Assembly (NCBI GenBank): GCA_000146045.2
Contig: BK006945.2
Coordinates: 576,001 to 640,000, forward strand
Origin: TPA_inf: Saccharomyces
Lineage: Eukaryota
Direction: 5' to 3'
DNA: 64,000 bases
In this document: positions 10,464 through 21,700 of the stretch, piece after piece
Numbering within the stretch: position 1 is the first letter of the stretch
Layout: each line of letters begins with the position of its first letter
Position numbers and translations under genes: made by a program
The notes under the pieces: generated by a model
The model's database searches: none
Told to the model about the DNA's origin: nothing
Seen by the model: the letters and a program-made list of their open reading frames with translations, nothing else

Positions 10464-11573
10464 ATGAATCAGAGCGATAGCAGCTTGATGGATTTACCAC
10501 TGGAGATACATTTATCATTACTAGAGTACGTGCCTAATGAACTTCGTGCTGTCAATAAATACTTCTACGTTTTGCATAACCACAGCTATAAGGAGAAGAG
10601 TTTGGCGTGGATAGCTGAGGACAACTATATATGGGCCGTTGTCAAACATTCATTATGTTTATATGTCAAGAGTTTGGACCCACTTCGACAGCATGCCAGA
10701 GAAATCATTCAAGAAACGAAGGAACCAGGTTTTAATGTGCCACTGTGCATGACTAAATACATCGCAGATTCTTGGTATATTGTATACAATGCGCTGCAAT
10801 ATCCTGGAAAGATAATTAATATGGGATGGGACAAATATACCAAAAGTCAAGATTCAAATGGTTCTGATTCTACCAGTAACTTTAATAGTCGGCCCAAGGA
10901 AAGAACTCTTATGCAGTCGTTGACAGCTTTACCTGTTAACTTTTGGTCCAGGAGGAAGGACGAGCCTACACCGGTAAACGTTTGGTTTTATGTAAAAAAT
11001 GCGCACGTTGCCAGATACATACCGAAAATTATTACGGAAATAGGCATATGCAACTATGGGCCGAAGCAGATCGTGGCAAGTGCAGGATATATCAACGAAT
11101 TGATAACATCTGAAGGAATATACTGTGTTAACCTAGGCCACCTTCCCAGGCTATACGATGAGCAAATTTTTGAAGGCACTGGAACGACACATCTTCCCCT
11201 GGAACTGAAAGCTATCGACAGGACAGATTCAGATGTTTGTATCAATGGTGATTTAGTTCTACTCGGTTATGACTTTATTCCATATCAGATATCGAAGCCG
11301 TGGTTACTCTTTAGAATCGAACCCGTAAATAGCATTGAAGCAATCTTCAACTATAGTGAATGTTCTTTTTCATACCAGTTTGCATGGAGTTTGGCCTGCT
11401 TACAATCTGAAGAGAAAATTTCATTTCCTAGAGACACGATAATTGGGCACGGTTTACCTTACAAGCCATCCAAATTGATAAGAATTTTCGTCTACAAGCA
11501 TCCGGAACAAAAGCAAGATCTTGGTCAAGAAATAGCATTGCCCAACTGGAATACCCCTTATCTTCGAAGATGA
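10464..11573 (+). CDS. UCC1: F-box protein, SCF ubiquitin-ligase substrate adaptor (369 aa)
   Basis: The track ORF starts at TTG 10395; the first ATG is at 10464. The N-terminus LMDLPLEIHLSLLEYVPNELRAVNKYF is an F-box. Length of 369 aa and position match YLR224W. Confidence 0.75.
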   Translation: MNQSDSSLMDLPLEIHLSLLEYVPNELRAVNKYFYVLHNHSYKEKSLAWIAEDNYIWAVVKHSLCLYVKSLDPLRQHAREIIQETKEPGFNVPLCMTKYIADSWYIVYNALQYPGKIINMGWDKYTKSQDSNGSDSTSNFNSRPKERTLMQSLTALPVNFWSRRKDEPTPVNVWFYVKNAHVARYIPKIITEIGICNYGPKQIVASAGYINELITSEGIYCVNLGHLPRLYDEQIFEGTGTTHLPLELKAIDRTDSDVCINGDLVLLGYDFIPYQISKPWLLFRIEPVNSIEAIFNYSECSFSYQFAWSLACLQSEEKISFPRDTIIGHGLPYKPSKLIRIFVYKHPEQKQDLGQEIALPNWNTPYLRR

Positions 11574-11694
11574 AAAAAAAATTTATCAATTAGTCTATAA
11601 TATATGTGTATATACGTCTATGCACCTACCTACTTATAAATGGATATAATATTCTTGCAATGATGAAAATATGTATAGTCAAATTTCATTTTTT

Positions 11695-12918
11695 TCAATT
11701 GATAAATGTACTTTCAATGATGGAAACTCCTTCATCGTCATCGAATTTAGACTTCTGGCAGAATTGGTAAATGAATGGCTTCATGTTTGCCAGATTTTCA
11801 GCAATAGACCTAATGAAAGCGGGCAGCTCACTCATTATATCGTACCTATTGACTAATCTTAAATTAGATTCTTCAAAACCACGCGGAAATGAAATGGATG
11901 TAGGATATTTCCAACCATTTTGCTTATCCTCTTTTGTAGATGGAAATTTAACAGCATGATCATTTACACTTGACCCGACCTCCAAAATTTTGTCCTTATC
12001 ACTAACCGCCCATATAGTCACTGTAGTGCTGCCATATTCTTTTGTTGTGGTGAATTCAATACACATCATCGAACGCTTCTCACCATTGAAACAAAGAAAA
12101 TTCCATTTACTAGCCGCCTTATTGGGTATTAGCCCCTGGACAGCATCCAGATACAACATAGGCGTGTCCTTCAAGTCCAGCTTCACAGGTTTATCGTTTT
12201 TCTTGTATGAGATGGTACCATTGCAAAAACCTCTAGGAACAAAAACATGTCTTATCATTTTTCTGGACGTACTAGAAGAGTCTCTTTTTGCTAACTCTTC
12301 CAAGCTGATGCTCTTGTCAAGGTAATAATTGGAACCGTCCGGGTTTATTATGAATCCTTCTTGTAAATTTACGGTAATGTCAACCTTCAAATCTTTTAGT
12401 AAACAGCTTGTACTTCCCTTCGGAATATCTATCTTAATTAATAATTGAGCAAATCCACTGGAGGAAGAATTTTCCAAAGGTACGAAGTGAAACGTAACAT
12501 TGTCCGATTCAACTTTTAACGTATCAAAATCTTTGATATTATCAATTTTAAAGCTTTCCCATATATCAATGTCTTCTTCAGAGTTTTCCTCACTGCTGGC
12601 TTTAAATATTTTGAAATTTAACTGAAAACCTTTGTATATACCGCCCATAACACTGGAATATAATAGTTGAATTAATCCACATTTGCCGTTGGTGAGATCC
12701 GTAAAATACAGAGTTTGTGTCTCTATTCTTGTTTCCGTTGGATTTCTTACTGCTTTTAATAAACTATGTGACTTGAACTTTTTGTGATTTGACGTCCTGC
12801 AAAACCATTCTAGTTTCGATGTATCCTGAAATTTAGTATAATTAGCATGATCCTTCTCGGATAAAACTTCCTTAACGGGGGCAAATTTCGTCTTCTCCTT
12901 TTTGATCGCAACCGCCAT
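11695..12918 (-). CDS. Uncharacterized 407-aa protein (position corresponds to YLR225C)
   Basis: Intact 407-aa ORF with ATG start. I recognise no catalytic motif. Identity is inferred only from position between UCC1 and BUR2. Confidence 0.6.
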   Translation of the reverse strand: MAVAIKKEKTKFAPVKEVLSEKDHANYTKFQDTSKLEWFCRTSNHKKFKSHSLLKAVRNPTETRIETQTLYFTDLTNGKCGLIQLLYSSVMGGIYKGFQLNFKIFKASSEENSEEDIDIWESFKIDNIKDFDTLKVESDNVTFHFVPLENSSSSGFAQLLIKIDIPKGSTSCLLKDLKVDITVNLQEGFIINPDGSNYYLDKSISLEELAKRDSSSTSRKMIRHVFVPRGFCNGTISYKKNDKPVKLDLKDTPMLYLDAVQGLIPNKAASKWNFLCFNGEKRSMMCIEFTTTKEYGSTTVTIWAVSDKDKILEVGSSVNDHAVKFPSTKEDKQNGWKYPTSISFPRGFEESNLRLVNRYDIMSELPAFIRSIAENLANMKPFIYQFCQKSKFDDDEGVSIIESTFIN

Positions 12919-13353
12919 TTTTTCTTTGCTCTATGATTTTTATGTTAATTAAACTGTTCGTTGCCCTAAAATTTTGAAAATTTCTCGAATATTTAGAGAG
13001 AATCCGTCACTATTTTAGTATCTATCTTGTCTATTTATATATAAAATCTCATTCCCCTGTTATGGTTTTTGCCAAGCCCTATCCCAAAAAACCAAATGAT
13101 ACATGATAAACCTATTTATCCTCTTTAACAGACCTATCGTTTAAAGCTTTTTTATTGCAAACCCTATTCATTATGGCTTTTTGACCTAGGTCTCATTGTG
13201 ACTTCTATTTTTCACTGTTCAGTAAAAAAAGAAAAGTGATTAAAAAGTATCACTATTTCTGTTAGAAAGCAAGTAGCTATTTTGATTGGTAATTATATAC
13301 ACATATTGAAGGAGGCCGTAGTATTTTCGTTTAAAATATATTACAGTAAGATA

Positions 13354-14541
13354 ATGTCTGCTACATCTTCAAGTGGTGACGTGAAAAAATTTCAAGCTGT
13401 ACCAAAACCAACGAGCAATGCATCACCACCACCAGCATCGAGTGGGTTTAACGCAAGGACCCTATGGCCGGATTTGATAGAAACACCAGAAAACCAGTGG
13501 GTTTTTGAGTGCAAAGATATTATTGAAAAGATAGGCACTAATGGACCGATAGCAGTGGAAATAAAAAAAAATATGGAAAAATGCTTAATGTACTTTTACA
13601 CACTTAAAAAAAAATTAAATCTTTTTGATCACACCTATACGGCATCATGCATTCTATTTTACAGGTATTGGTTCATATATGGAATACCTACAGCCATAAC
13701 TGAATGTATTCATATATCACAGGGAATTCTGGTCACCGCTTGCAAAACAATGGAGAATAATAGGCCTATAGAGGCCTATATTAAGGCGACTTGTGAGTTT
13801 TTGATGCAAAATATACCGTCTTTAAAAAGTCGAACAAATATTGATAAACTTAAATGGGAATTTAGAGATAAGTTAGTGACGAATGAAAAAAAAATACTAT
13901 GTTTATTTGGCTTTGACTTAAATATCAGTAATCCAAAAGAATTGATTGAAGAAGTGTTCAGTGGCTATTATAGATTCAACAGGGATCACAATCTGCCAGA
14001 AAACTTTAAAAAAGCTTTTCCAAAAATTCTTCAAGAATCAAGAAATTTTATGGTCCAAGCTGTCACCCAGCCAGTTTCTTTATTGTGCGACGGTTATACG
14101 TTCATTGTACTATCTCTCATATACTGTGGTTTAGAGTATAAAAAGCTTGTAGACAAAGATTTCAGATATCCGAAAAACTTCTTCAAGGATAGATTCCCTA
14201 TCGAAGTAACGCCGGAAAATTTTGCCAATATCTTTACCGATTACAAGTTACTGGAAGAGAATTTTTTCAACTTAAAAAGTAATAAAGGTGCTAAATTACA
14301 AATTGATTCAAGCATGATTGATTCGGTGATTGACGAAAGTGGCGATGTGGAAAATGAAGTTTCAGAAATCTCTGATCCGTTTAACTACGAGTTGATTAAA
14401 TCCGGTGAGGTGAAGGAAGAGTTTTTGAATCATATTGAAACAAGGGTTAAAGATTTACTAGATAAGGCTAAACAAGAAAGTATGAAGAGAAAGGCTAAAG
14501 ATCCTATAAGAACCCCAGATGCCAAAAAACCTAAAATATAA
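13354..14541 (+). CDS. BUR2: Cyclin partner of Bur1 kinase (395 aa)
   Basis: The track ORF starts at TTG 13282; the first ATG is at 13354 (MSATSSSGDVKKF...). Length of 395 aa and synteny match YLR226W. The cyclin-box region is not confidently visible by eye. Confidence 0.7.
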   Translation: MSATSSSGDVKKFQAVPKPTSNASPPPASSGFNARTLWPDLIETPENQWVFECKDIIEKIGTNGPIAVEIKKNMEKCLMYFYTLKKKLNLFDHTYTASCILFYRYWFIYGIPTAITECIHISQGILVTACKTMENNRPIEAYIKATCEFLMQNIPSLKSRTNIDKLKWEFRDKLVTNEKKILCLFGFDLNISNPKELIEEVFSGYYRFNRDHNLPENFKKAFPKILQESRNFMVQAVTQPVSLLCDGYTFIVLSLIYCGLEYKKLVDKDFRYPKNFFKDRFPIEVTPENFANIFTDYKLLEENFFNLKSNKGAKLQIDSSMIDSVIDESGDVENEVSEISDPFNYELIKSGEVKEEFLNHIETRVKDLLDKAKQESMKRKAKDPIRTPDAKKPKI

Positions 14542-14561
14542 AAATAGAGTACAAGTTATGT

Positions 14562-16043
14562 TTAATTGGAGGGATCAGTAAAGGTTTGATATATACGTGA
14601 CAAAATGTCCGGCAAGTTCCCTATGTTATCCTGATAGCAATATTTCCAATACTCAATCCAATGATCATCTGTTTCTGGATCTTTAGGTGAGTCAAAGCGC
14701 AGTTTCTGCTTCAATTTTGTTTTCATCTTGTCTATTATTATTCTGGGATGTCTGAATTGGTAAGTTCGGGGATGATAATCGTCCAGAGATTCTGAACAGT
14801 CATTATCTTCGGATATTTTTTCAGCAACAAGTAATTTCCCCTCCATAGCAGTCAACAGTACCTTAGGTAGTTGGTAGTCAGTTACTTCATCAGGATTGTC
14901 ACAAGCATCAATAATATTTTCGATGATACATAAGCATTCTATGGTCAATTTATCCATTTCAGATGATGCTTCGAATGTGTATTCATTATCTTGCATATAG
15001 TATAGTTTTAATACATAAAAAAACTGGATAACTTTAAATTGAACACCTGATGAAAGTAATAAGCCTTCCAGAATTTTATTCAAGCAGCATATAATCTGAG
15101 GGTCATTTTTAAGTTTGAAAGTTATTGACAGAATATTTTTTTGAATTGTTTCATTCATGTGGTTACTATCTACTAATAGTCCGATTCTGGGACCGAACAC
15201 ATCACATTCACACTCCCAAATTTTTCCTCTCAGAATGGCTAACATTTCTTCGATTTCTGCACAATACTGAAAAAACTGACTAAAAACAAAATTTTCATTG
15301 ACCTTTGAAAATTTAAGCGTTATCTTATCCATCGCATCGAAAGCGACGCAGTATAACGCCTCAATAACATCTACCTCGTCGAGTGACCAGTGCCATTGAA
15401 GTGACTTGGTCTCCTCATTTAAATCGAAGCCATGGGAATAATTAGGGTTTTGTCTTTTGATAAAATTTTTTAGATTATTGCCTACCAATGCTTCATTTTC
15501 TTTCAAATCAATTAGAAAACAGTGGCAACACAACATGGATATAAATAGTTCGCAAAGTTCATAAAAAGCTCCAATTTGCTCGTCTGCGATACTTGCAAAT
15601 AGTCTTGTCCTTTTTGAGTACGCAATGAATTGTAAGCACCAGCGAAAAGATTGAAATGCGAGGTTATAATTTTTATCTACATGACCAAATACTCCTTGAA
15701 ATAATTTTATATATAGTACCAGTTTTAATTTATTCATTGTCTCTGGATCGGCTTTATCTTTCTTCATTATCTTGATGATATGTTTTGGACCCATCGCAAG
15801 ATTAAAGTTTAAAATTTTGGCCAGCGCTTCTTTCAGAAGGTTATTGGTTTGAATCCTTAATGGTGAACCTTTTTTCATGATCGAAAGATTATAAAAAACT
15901 ACATGGTACGGAATATAAAGAGCCAAAAAGTCCCTTATCAAATCACCATTATATGCTTGTAAATTTAGGATAGTCTTCACAGCTTTTTTAAATTCTTTTC
16001 TTAAACTTTTTTTAAAAGTTTGATAGTCGACGTCTTTATTCAT
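14562..16043 (-). CDS. ADY4: Meiosis-specific spindle-pole-body outer-plaque component (493 aa)
   Basis: 493-aa ORF with ATG start, convergent with BUR2 (stops 20 bp apart). Length and position match YLR227C. The assignment is from synteny. Confidence 0.65.
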   Translation of the reverse strand: MNKDVDYQTFKKSLRKEFKKAVKTILNLQAYNGDLIRDFLALYIPYHVVFYNLSIMKKGSPLRIQTNNLLKEALAKILNFNLAMGPKHIIKIMKKDKADPETMNKLKLVLYIKLFQGVFGHVDKNYNLAFQSFRWCLQFIAYSKRTRLFASIADEQIGAFYELCELFISMLCCHCFLIDLKENEALVGNNLKNFIKRQNPNYSHGFDLNEETKSLQWHWSLDEVDVIEALYCVAFDAMDKITLKFSKVNENFVFSQFFQYCAEIEEMLAILRGKIWECECDVFGPRIGLLVDSNHMNETIQKNILSITFKLKNDPQIICCLNKILEGLLLSSGVQFKVIQFFYVLKLYYMQDNEYTFEASSEMDKLTIECLCIIENIIDACDNPDEVTDYQLPKVLLTAMEGKLLVAEKISEDNDCSESLDDYHPRTYQFRHPRIIIDKMKTKLKQKLRFDSPKDPETDDHWIEYWKYCYQDNIGNLPDILSRIYQTFTDPSN

Positions 16044-16518
16044 TATACGTGAGCCGACAATTTGTGACTATGATCAATAAATAGGGCATATATGTACAAT
16101 TTTGTTTGTATTTCCTCCTGTTGGAGATGAGTAGTAACATAATCATGGGTAAATCGTCTTCTCTGTGACAGCGCAAACCTTTACGCCCAATAAAAATTTG
16201 ACAGAAAAATTCTCTATAGTGCCGGGGCACTTCATTCAAATTTAGTAAATAGAACTTTTGTGGCAATGGACAGGTTCAGCTACTGCATTTCATATGCGAA
16301 TTCGCTGCTATACCAGTTTTGTGGCCCCAAAATCACCCGGCAGACAGGGTCTGGTAACACGTCATAATTCTTTCCCTACTTACGAACGTAAAGGAAGCTT
16401 TGCCAACTTTTAGAGAAATGGCTACATTAATTATGAACTGGAGTGAAACAACTGTGCTAAAATGATACGATCTAGTAATTTATAGGAAAAAGTAAAGATG
16501 GCAAAAAACAAAAAATAA

Positions 16519-16619
16519 TGAGAGCTAAGGGATTCGAACCCTTGCATCCGAAGATATCAGAGATTTTAGAGGTTAAACCCACCTAAATCTGACGCCTTAA
16601 ACCACTCGGCCAAACTCCC
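16519..16619 (-). tRNA. tL(UAG): tRNA-Leu (anticodon UAG) with a 19-nt intron
   Basis: The reverse complement reads GGGAGTTTGGCCGAGTGGTTTAAGGCGTCAGATTTAGG[TGGGTTTAACCTCTAAAAT]CTCTGATATCTTCGGATGCAAGGGTTCGAATCCCTTAGCTCTCA. It has class-II long-variable-arm architecture, the anticodon loop UUUAGGC gives UAG, and an A box (TGGCCGAGTGG) and B box (GGTTCGAATCC) are present. Confidence 0.85.
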
Positions 16620-16721
16620 ATTGTATGTTGAAAACGATGGATTATACAAGCCATTGGGTTAGCCATTTATTTCTAAAGTCTTTTTCTTGGCTGATTACTT
16701 ATTAATGAGAAATTGGTAAAG

Positions 16722-17035
16722 TTTGACATAATTGTTGGGATTCCATTGTTGATTAAGGCTATAATATTATGTATAAGAATAAACTAGAAGTTCTCCTCGA
16801 GGATATAGAAACTCTCAAATGGAATCGATATTTCTACACAATAATATTACGATTATTTCTCCTTCCGTTTTATATTTTTCATTATCTTATTACATTATCA
16901 ATCCTTCCATTTCAGCTTCCTTTAACTTCGGTTGCATCTTCTCATACCTTATGTCATCATCTAACTACCCGTATATGATAATATACGCGTAGTAAGACTA
17001 CTAGTTAATGACGATAGTTGATTTTTATTCCAACA
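16722..17035 (-). mobile_element. Solo LTR of Ty4 type (tau element), about 314 bp
   Basis: The minus-strand sequence begins TGTTGGAATAAAAATCAACTATCGTC (plus 17035 downward) and ends ...GGAATCCCAACAATTATGTCA near 16722. It has internal tau-like blocks (CTCGAGGAGAACTTCTAG, ATTGATAATGTAAT) and no internal coding region. Confidence 0.7.
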
Positions 17036-17139
17036 ATTAAGTTAGCAAATGTGGGAAAGCATAAATTATTTGGGAAATGCATATATCTCCGCGATTTCCC
17101 TAGCTTAGGAGCTCTTTGGGATCGATATCATTTTTGTTG

Positions 17140-17144
17140 GAATA
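17140..17144. repeat. Left copy of the Ty1 5-bp target-site duplication GAATA
   Basis: GAATA lies immediately 5' of the LTR start TGTTGG at 17145, and an identical GAATA sits at 23063–23067 immediately 3' of the right LTR. Confidence 0.85.
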
Positions 17145-17478
17145 TGTTGGAATAGAAATCAACTATCATCTACTAACTAGTATTTACATTACTAGTATAT
17201 TATCATATACGGTGTTAGAAGATGACGCAAATGATGAGAAATAGTCATCTAAATTAGTGGAAGCTGAAACGCAAGGATTGATAATGTAATAGGATCAATG
17301 AATATAAACATATAAAATGATGATAATAATATTTATAGAATTGTGTAGAATTGCAGATTCCCTTTTATGGATTCCTAAATCCTTGAGGAGAACTTCTAGT
17401 ATATTCTGTATACCTAATATTATAGCCTTTATCAACAATGGAATCCCAACAATTATCTCAACATTCACATATTTCTCA
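17145..17478 (+). repeat. Ty1 5' LTR (delta), 334 bp
   Basis: Starts TGTTGGAATAGAAATCAACTATCATC and ends ...CATATTTCTCA. It contains the TYA initiation codon at 17438. Confidence 0.9.
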
Positions 17479-18760
17479 TGGTAGCGCCTGTGCTTCGGTT
17501 ACTTCTAAGGAAGTCCACACAAATCAAGATCCGTTAGACGTTTCAGCTTCCAAAACAGAAGAATGTGAGAAGGCTTCCACTAAGGCTAACTCTCAACAGA
17601 CAACAACACCTGCTTCATCAGCTGTTCCAGAGAACCCCCATCATGCCTCTCCTCAACCTGCTTCAGTACCACCTCCACAGAATGGGCCGTACCCACAGCA
17701 GTGCATGATGACCCAAAACCAAGCCAATCCATCTGGTTGGTCATTTTACGGACACCCATCTATGATTCCGTATACACCTTATCAAATGTCGCCTATGTAC
17801 TTTCCACCTGGGCCACAATCACAGTTTCCGCAGTATCCATCATCAGTTGGAACGCCTCTGAGCACTCCATCACCTGAGTCAGGTAATACATTTACTGATT
17901 CATCCTCAGCGGACTCTGATATGACATCCACTAAAAAATATGTCAGACCACCACCAATGTTAACCTCACCTAATGACTTTCCAAATTGGGTTAAAACATA
18001 CATCAAATTTTTACAAAACTCGAATCTCGGTGGTATTATTCCGACAGTAAACGGAAAACCCGTACGTCAGATCACTGATGATGAACTCACCTTCTTGTAT
18101 AACACTTTTCAAATATTTGCTCCCTCTCAATTCCTACCTACCTGGGTCAAAGACATCCTATCCGTTGATTATACGGATATCATGAAAATTCTTTCCAAAA
18201 GTATTGAAAAAATGCAATCTGATACCCAAGAGGCAAACGACATTGTGACCCTGGCAAATTTGCAATATAATGGCAGTACACCTGCAGATGCATTTGAAAC
18301 AAAAGTCACAAACATTATCGACAGACTGAACAATAATGGCATTCATATCAATAACAAGGTCGCATGCCAATTAATTATGAGAGGTCTATCTGGCGAATAT
18401 AAATTTTTACGCTACACACGTCATCGACATCTAAATATGACAGTCGCTGAACTGTTCTTAGATATCCATGCTATTTATGAAGAACAACAGGGATCGAGAA
18501 ACAGCAAACCTAATTACAGGAGAAATCTGAGTGATGAGAAGAATGATTCTCGCAGCTATACGAATACAACCAAACCCAAAGTTATAGCTCGGAATCCTCA
18601 AAAAACAAATAATTCGAAATCGAAAACAGCCAGGGCTCACAATGTATCCACATCTAATAACTCTCCCAGCACGGACAACGATTCCATCAGTAAATCAACT
18701 ACTGAACCGATTCAATTGAACAATAAGCACGACCTTCACCTTAGGCCAGGAACTTACTGA
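17438..18760 (+). CDS. TYA: Ty1 TYA Gag capsid protein (440 aa)
   Basis: ATG lies within the 5' LTR. The 440-aa ORF ends ...[13 protein letters not shown] and has characteristic Ty1 Gag sequence throughout. Confidence 0.95.
   Translation: MESQQLSQHSHISHGSACASVTSKEVHTNQDPLDVSASKTEECEKASTKANSQQTTTPASSAVPENPHHASPQPASVPPPQNGPYPQQCMMTQNQANPSGWSFYGHPSMIPYTPYQMSPMYFPPGPQSQFPQYPSSVGTPLSTPSPESGNTFTDSSSADSDMTSTKKYVRPPPMLTSPNDFPNWVKTYIKFLQNSNLGGIIPTVNGKPVRQITDDELTFLYNTFQIFAPSQFLPTWVKDILSVDYTDIMKILSKSIEKMQSDTQEANDIVTLANLQYNGSTPADAFETKVTNIIDRLNNNGIHINNKVACQLIMRGLSGEYKFLRYTRHRHLNMTVAELFLDIHAIYEEQQGSRNSKPNYRRNLSDEKNDSRSYTNTTKPKVIARNPQKTNNSKSKTARAHNVSTSNNSPSTDNDSISKSTTEPIQLNNKHDLHLRPGTY
18740..18746 (+). 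other. Ty1 programmed +1 ribosomal frameshift heptamer CUU-AGG-C
   Basis: CTTAGGC lies in the TYA frame (CTT at 18740, AGG at 18743) 15 nt before the TYA stop. Slipping to GGC at 18744 enters the TYB frame, which is the frame of the 18987–22706 track ORF (coordinates ≡ 0 mod 3). Confidence 0.9.
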
Positions 18761-21700
18761 ATCTACGGTAAATCACACTAATCATTCTGATGATGAACTC
18801 CCTGGACACCTCCTTCTCGATTCAGGAGCATCACGAACCCTTATAAGATCTGCTCATCACATACACTCAGCATCATCTAATCCTGACATAAACGTAGTTG
18901 ATGCTCAAAAAAGAAATATACCAATTAACGCTATTGGTGACCTACAATTTCACTTCCAGGACAACACCAAAACATCAATAAAGGTATTGCACACTCCTAA
19001 CATAGCCTATGACTTACTCAGTTTGAATGAATTGGCTGCAGTAGATATCACAGCATGCTTTACCAAAAACGTCTTAGAACGATCTGACGGCACTGTACTT
19101 GCACCTATCGTACAATATGGAGACTTTTACTGGGTATCTAAAAGGTACTTGCTTCCATCAAATATCTCCGTACCCACCATCAATAATGTCCATACAAGTG
19201 AAAGTACACGCAAATATCCTTATCCTTTCATTCATCGAATGCTTGCGCATGCCAATGCACAGACAATTCGATACTCACTTAAAAATAACACCATCACGTA
19301 TTTTAACGAATCAGATGTCGACTGGTCTAGTGCTATTGACTATCAATGTCCTGATTGTTTAATCGGCAAAAGCACCAAACACAGACATATCAAAGGTTCA
19401 CGACTAAAATACCAAAATTCATACGAACCCTTTCAATACCTACATACTGACATATTTGGTCCAGTTCACAACCTACCAAAAAGTGCACCATCCTATTTCA
19501 TCTCATTTACTGATGAGACAACAAAATTCCGTTGGGTTTATCCATTGCACGACCGTCGCGAGGACTCTATCCTCGATGTATTTACCACGATACTAGCTTT
19601 CATTAAAAACCAATTTCAGGCCAGTGTCTTGGTTATACAAATGGACCGTGGTTCTGAGTATACTAACAGAACTCTCCATAAATTCCTTGAAAAAAATGGT
19701 ATAACTCCATGCTATACAACCACAGCGGATTCCCGAGCACATGGAGTCGCTGAACGACTAAACCGTACCTTATTAGATGACTGCCGTACTCAACTGCAAT
19801 GTAGTGGTTTACCGAACCATTTATGGTTCTCTGCAATCGAATTTTCTACTATTGTGAGAAATTCACTAGCTTCACCTAAAAGCAAAAAATCTGCAAGCCA
19901 ACATGCTGGCTTGGCAGGACTTGATATCAGTACTTTGTTACCTTTCGGTCAACCTGTTATCGTCAATGATCACAACCCTAACTCCAAAATACATCCTCGT
20001 GGCATCCCAGGTTACGCTCTACATCCGTCTCGAAACTCTTATGGATATATCATCTATCTTCCATCCTTAAAGAAGACAGTAGATACAACTAACTATGTTA
20101 TTCTTCAGGGCAAGGAATCCAGATTAGATCAATTCAATTACGACGCACTCACTTTCGATGAAGACTTAAACCGTTTAACTGCTTCATATCATTCGTTCAT
20201 TGCGTCAAATGAGATCCAAGAATCCAATGATCTTAACATAGAATCTGACCATGACTTCCAATCTGACATTGAACTACATCCTGAGCAACCGAGAAATGTC
20301 CTTTCAAAAGCTGTGAGTCCAACCGATTCCACACCTCCGTCAACTCATACTGAAGATTCAAAACCTATATCTGAAATCAATCTTCGTGCACCCAGAGAAG
20401 TTGACCCCAACATATCTGAATCTAATATTCTTCCATCAAAGAAGAGATCTAGCACCCCCCAAATTTCCAATATCGAGAGTACCGGTTCGGGTGGTATGCA
20501 TAAATTAAATGTTCCTTTACTTGCTCCCATGTCCCAATCTAACACACATGAGTCGTCGCACGCCAGTAAATCTAAAGATTTCAGACACTCAGACTCGTAC
20601 AGTAACAATGAGACTAATCATACAAACGTACCAATATCCAGTACGGGTGGTACCAACAACAAAACTGTTCCGCAGATAAGCGACCAGGAGACTGAGAAAA
20701 GGATTATACACCGTTCACCTTCAATCGATGCTTCTCCACCGGAAAATAATTCATCGCACAATATTGTTCCTATCAAAACGCCAACTACTGTTTCTGAACA
20801 GAATACCGAGGAATCTATTATCGCTGATCTCCCACTTCCCGATCCGCCTCCAGAACCTCCTACCGAATTATCAGACTCCTTTAAAGAACTTCCACCGATC
20901 AATTCTCGTCAAACTAATTCCAGTTTGGGTGGTATTGGTGACTCTAATGCCTATACTACTATCAACAGTAAGAAAAGATCATTAGAAGATAATGAAACTG
21001 AAATTAAGGTATCACGAGACACATGGAATACTAAGAATATGCGTAGTTTAGAACCTCCGAGATCGAAGAAACGAATTCACCTGATTGCAGCTGCAAAAGC
21101 AGTAAAATCAATCAAACCAATACGAACAACCTTAAGATACGATGAGGCAATCACCTATAATAAAGATATTAAAGAAAAGGAAAAATATATCGAAGCATAC
21201 CACAAAGAAGTCAACCAACTATTGAAAATGAATACTTGGGACACTGACAAATATTATGACAGAAAAGAAATAGACCCTAAAAGAGTAATAAACTCAATGT
21301 TTATCTTCAACAAGAAACGTGACGGAACTCATAAAGCTAGATTTGTTGCAAGAGGTGACATTCAGCATCCTGATACGTACGATACAGGTATGCAATCCAA
21401 CACTGTACATCATTATGCGTTGATGACATCCCTGTCACTTGCATTAGACAATAACTACTATATTACACAATTAGACATATCTTCGGCATATTTGTATGCA
21501 GACATCAAAGAAGAATTATACATAAGACCTCCACCACATTTAGGAATGAATGATAAGTTGATACGTTTGAAGAAATCACATTATGGATTGAAACAAAGTG
21601 GAGCGAACTGGTACGAAACTATCAAATCATACCTGATAAAACAGTGTGGTATGGAAGAAGTTCGTGGATGGTCATGCGTATTTAAGAATAGTCAAGTAAC

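Noticed and set aside
20345-20902. Minus-strand ORFs inside Ty1 TYB
   Set aside because: Ty1 antisense RNAs exist, but these short frames have no known protein product. Nothing in the sequence distinguishes them from chance ORFs.
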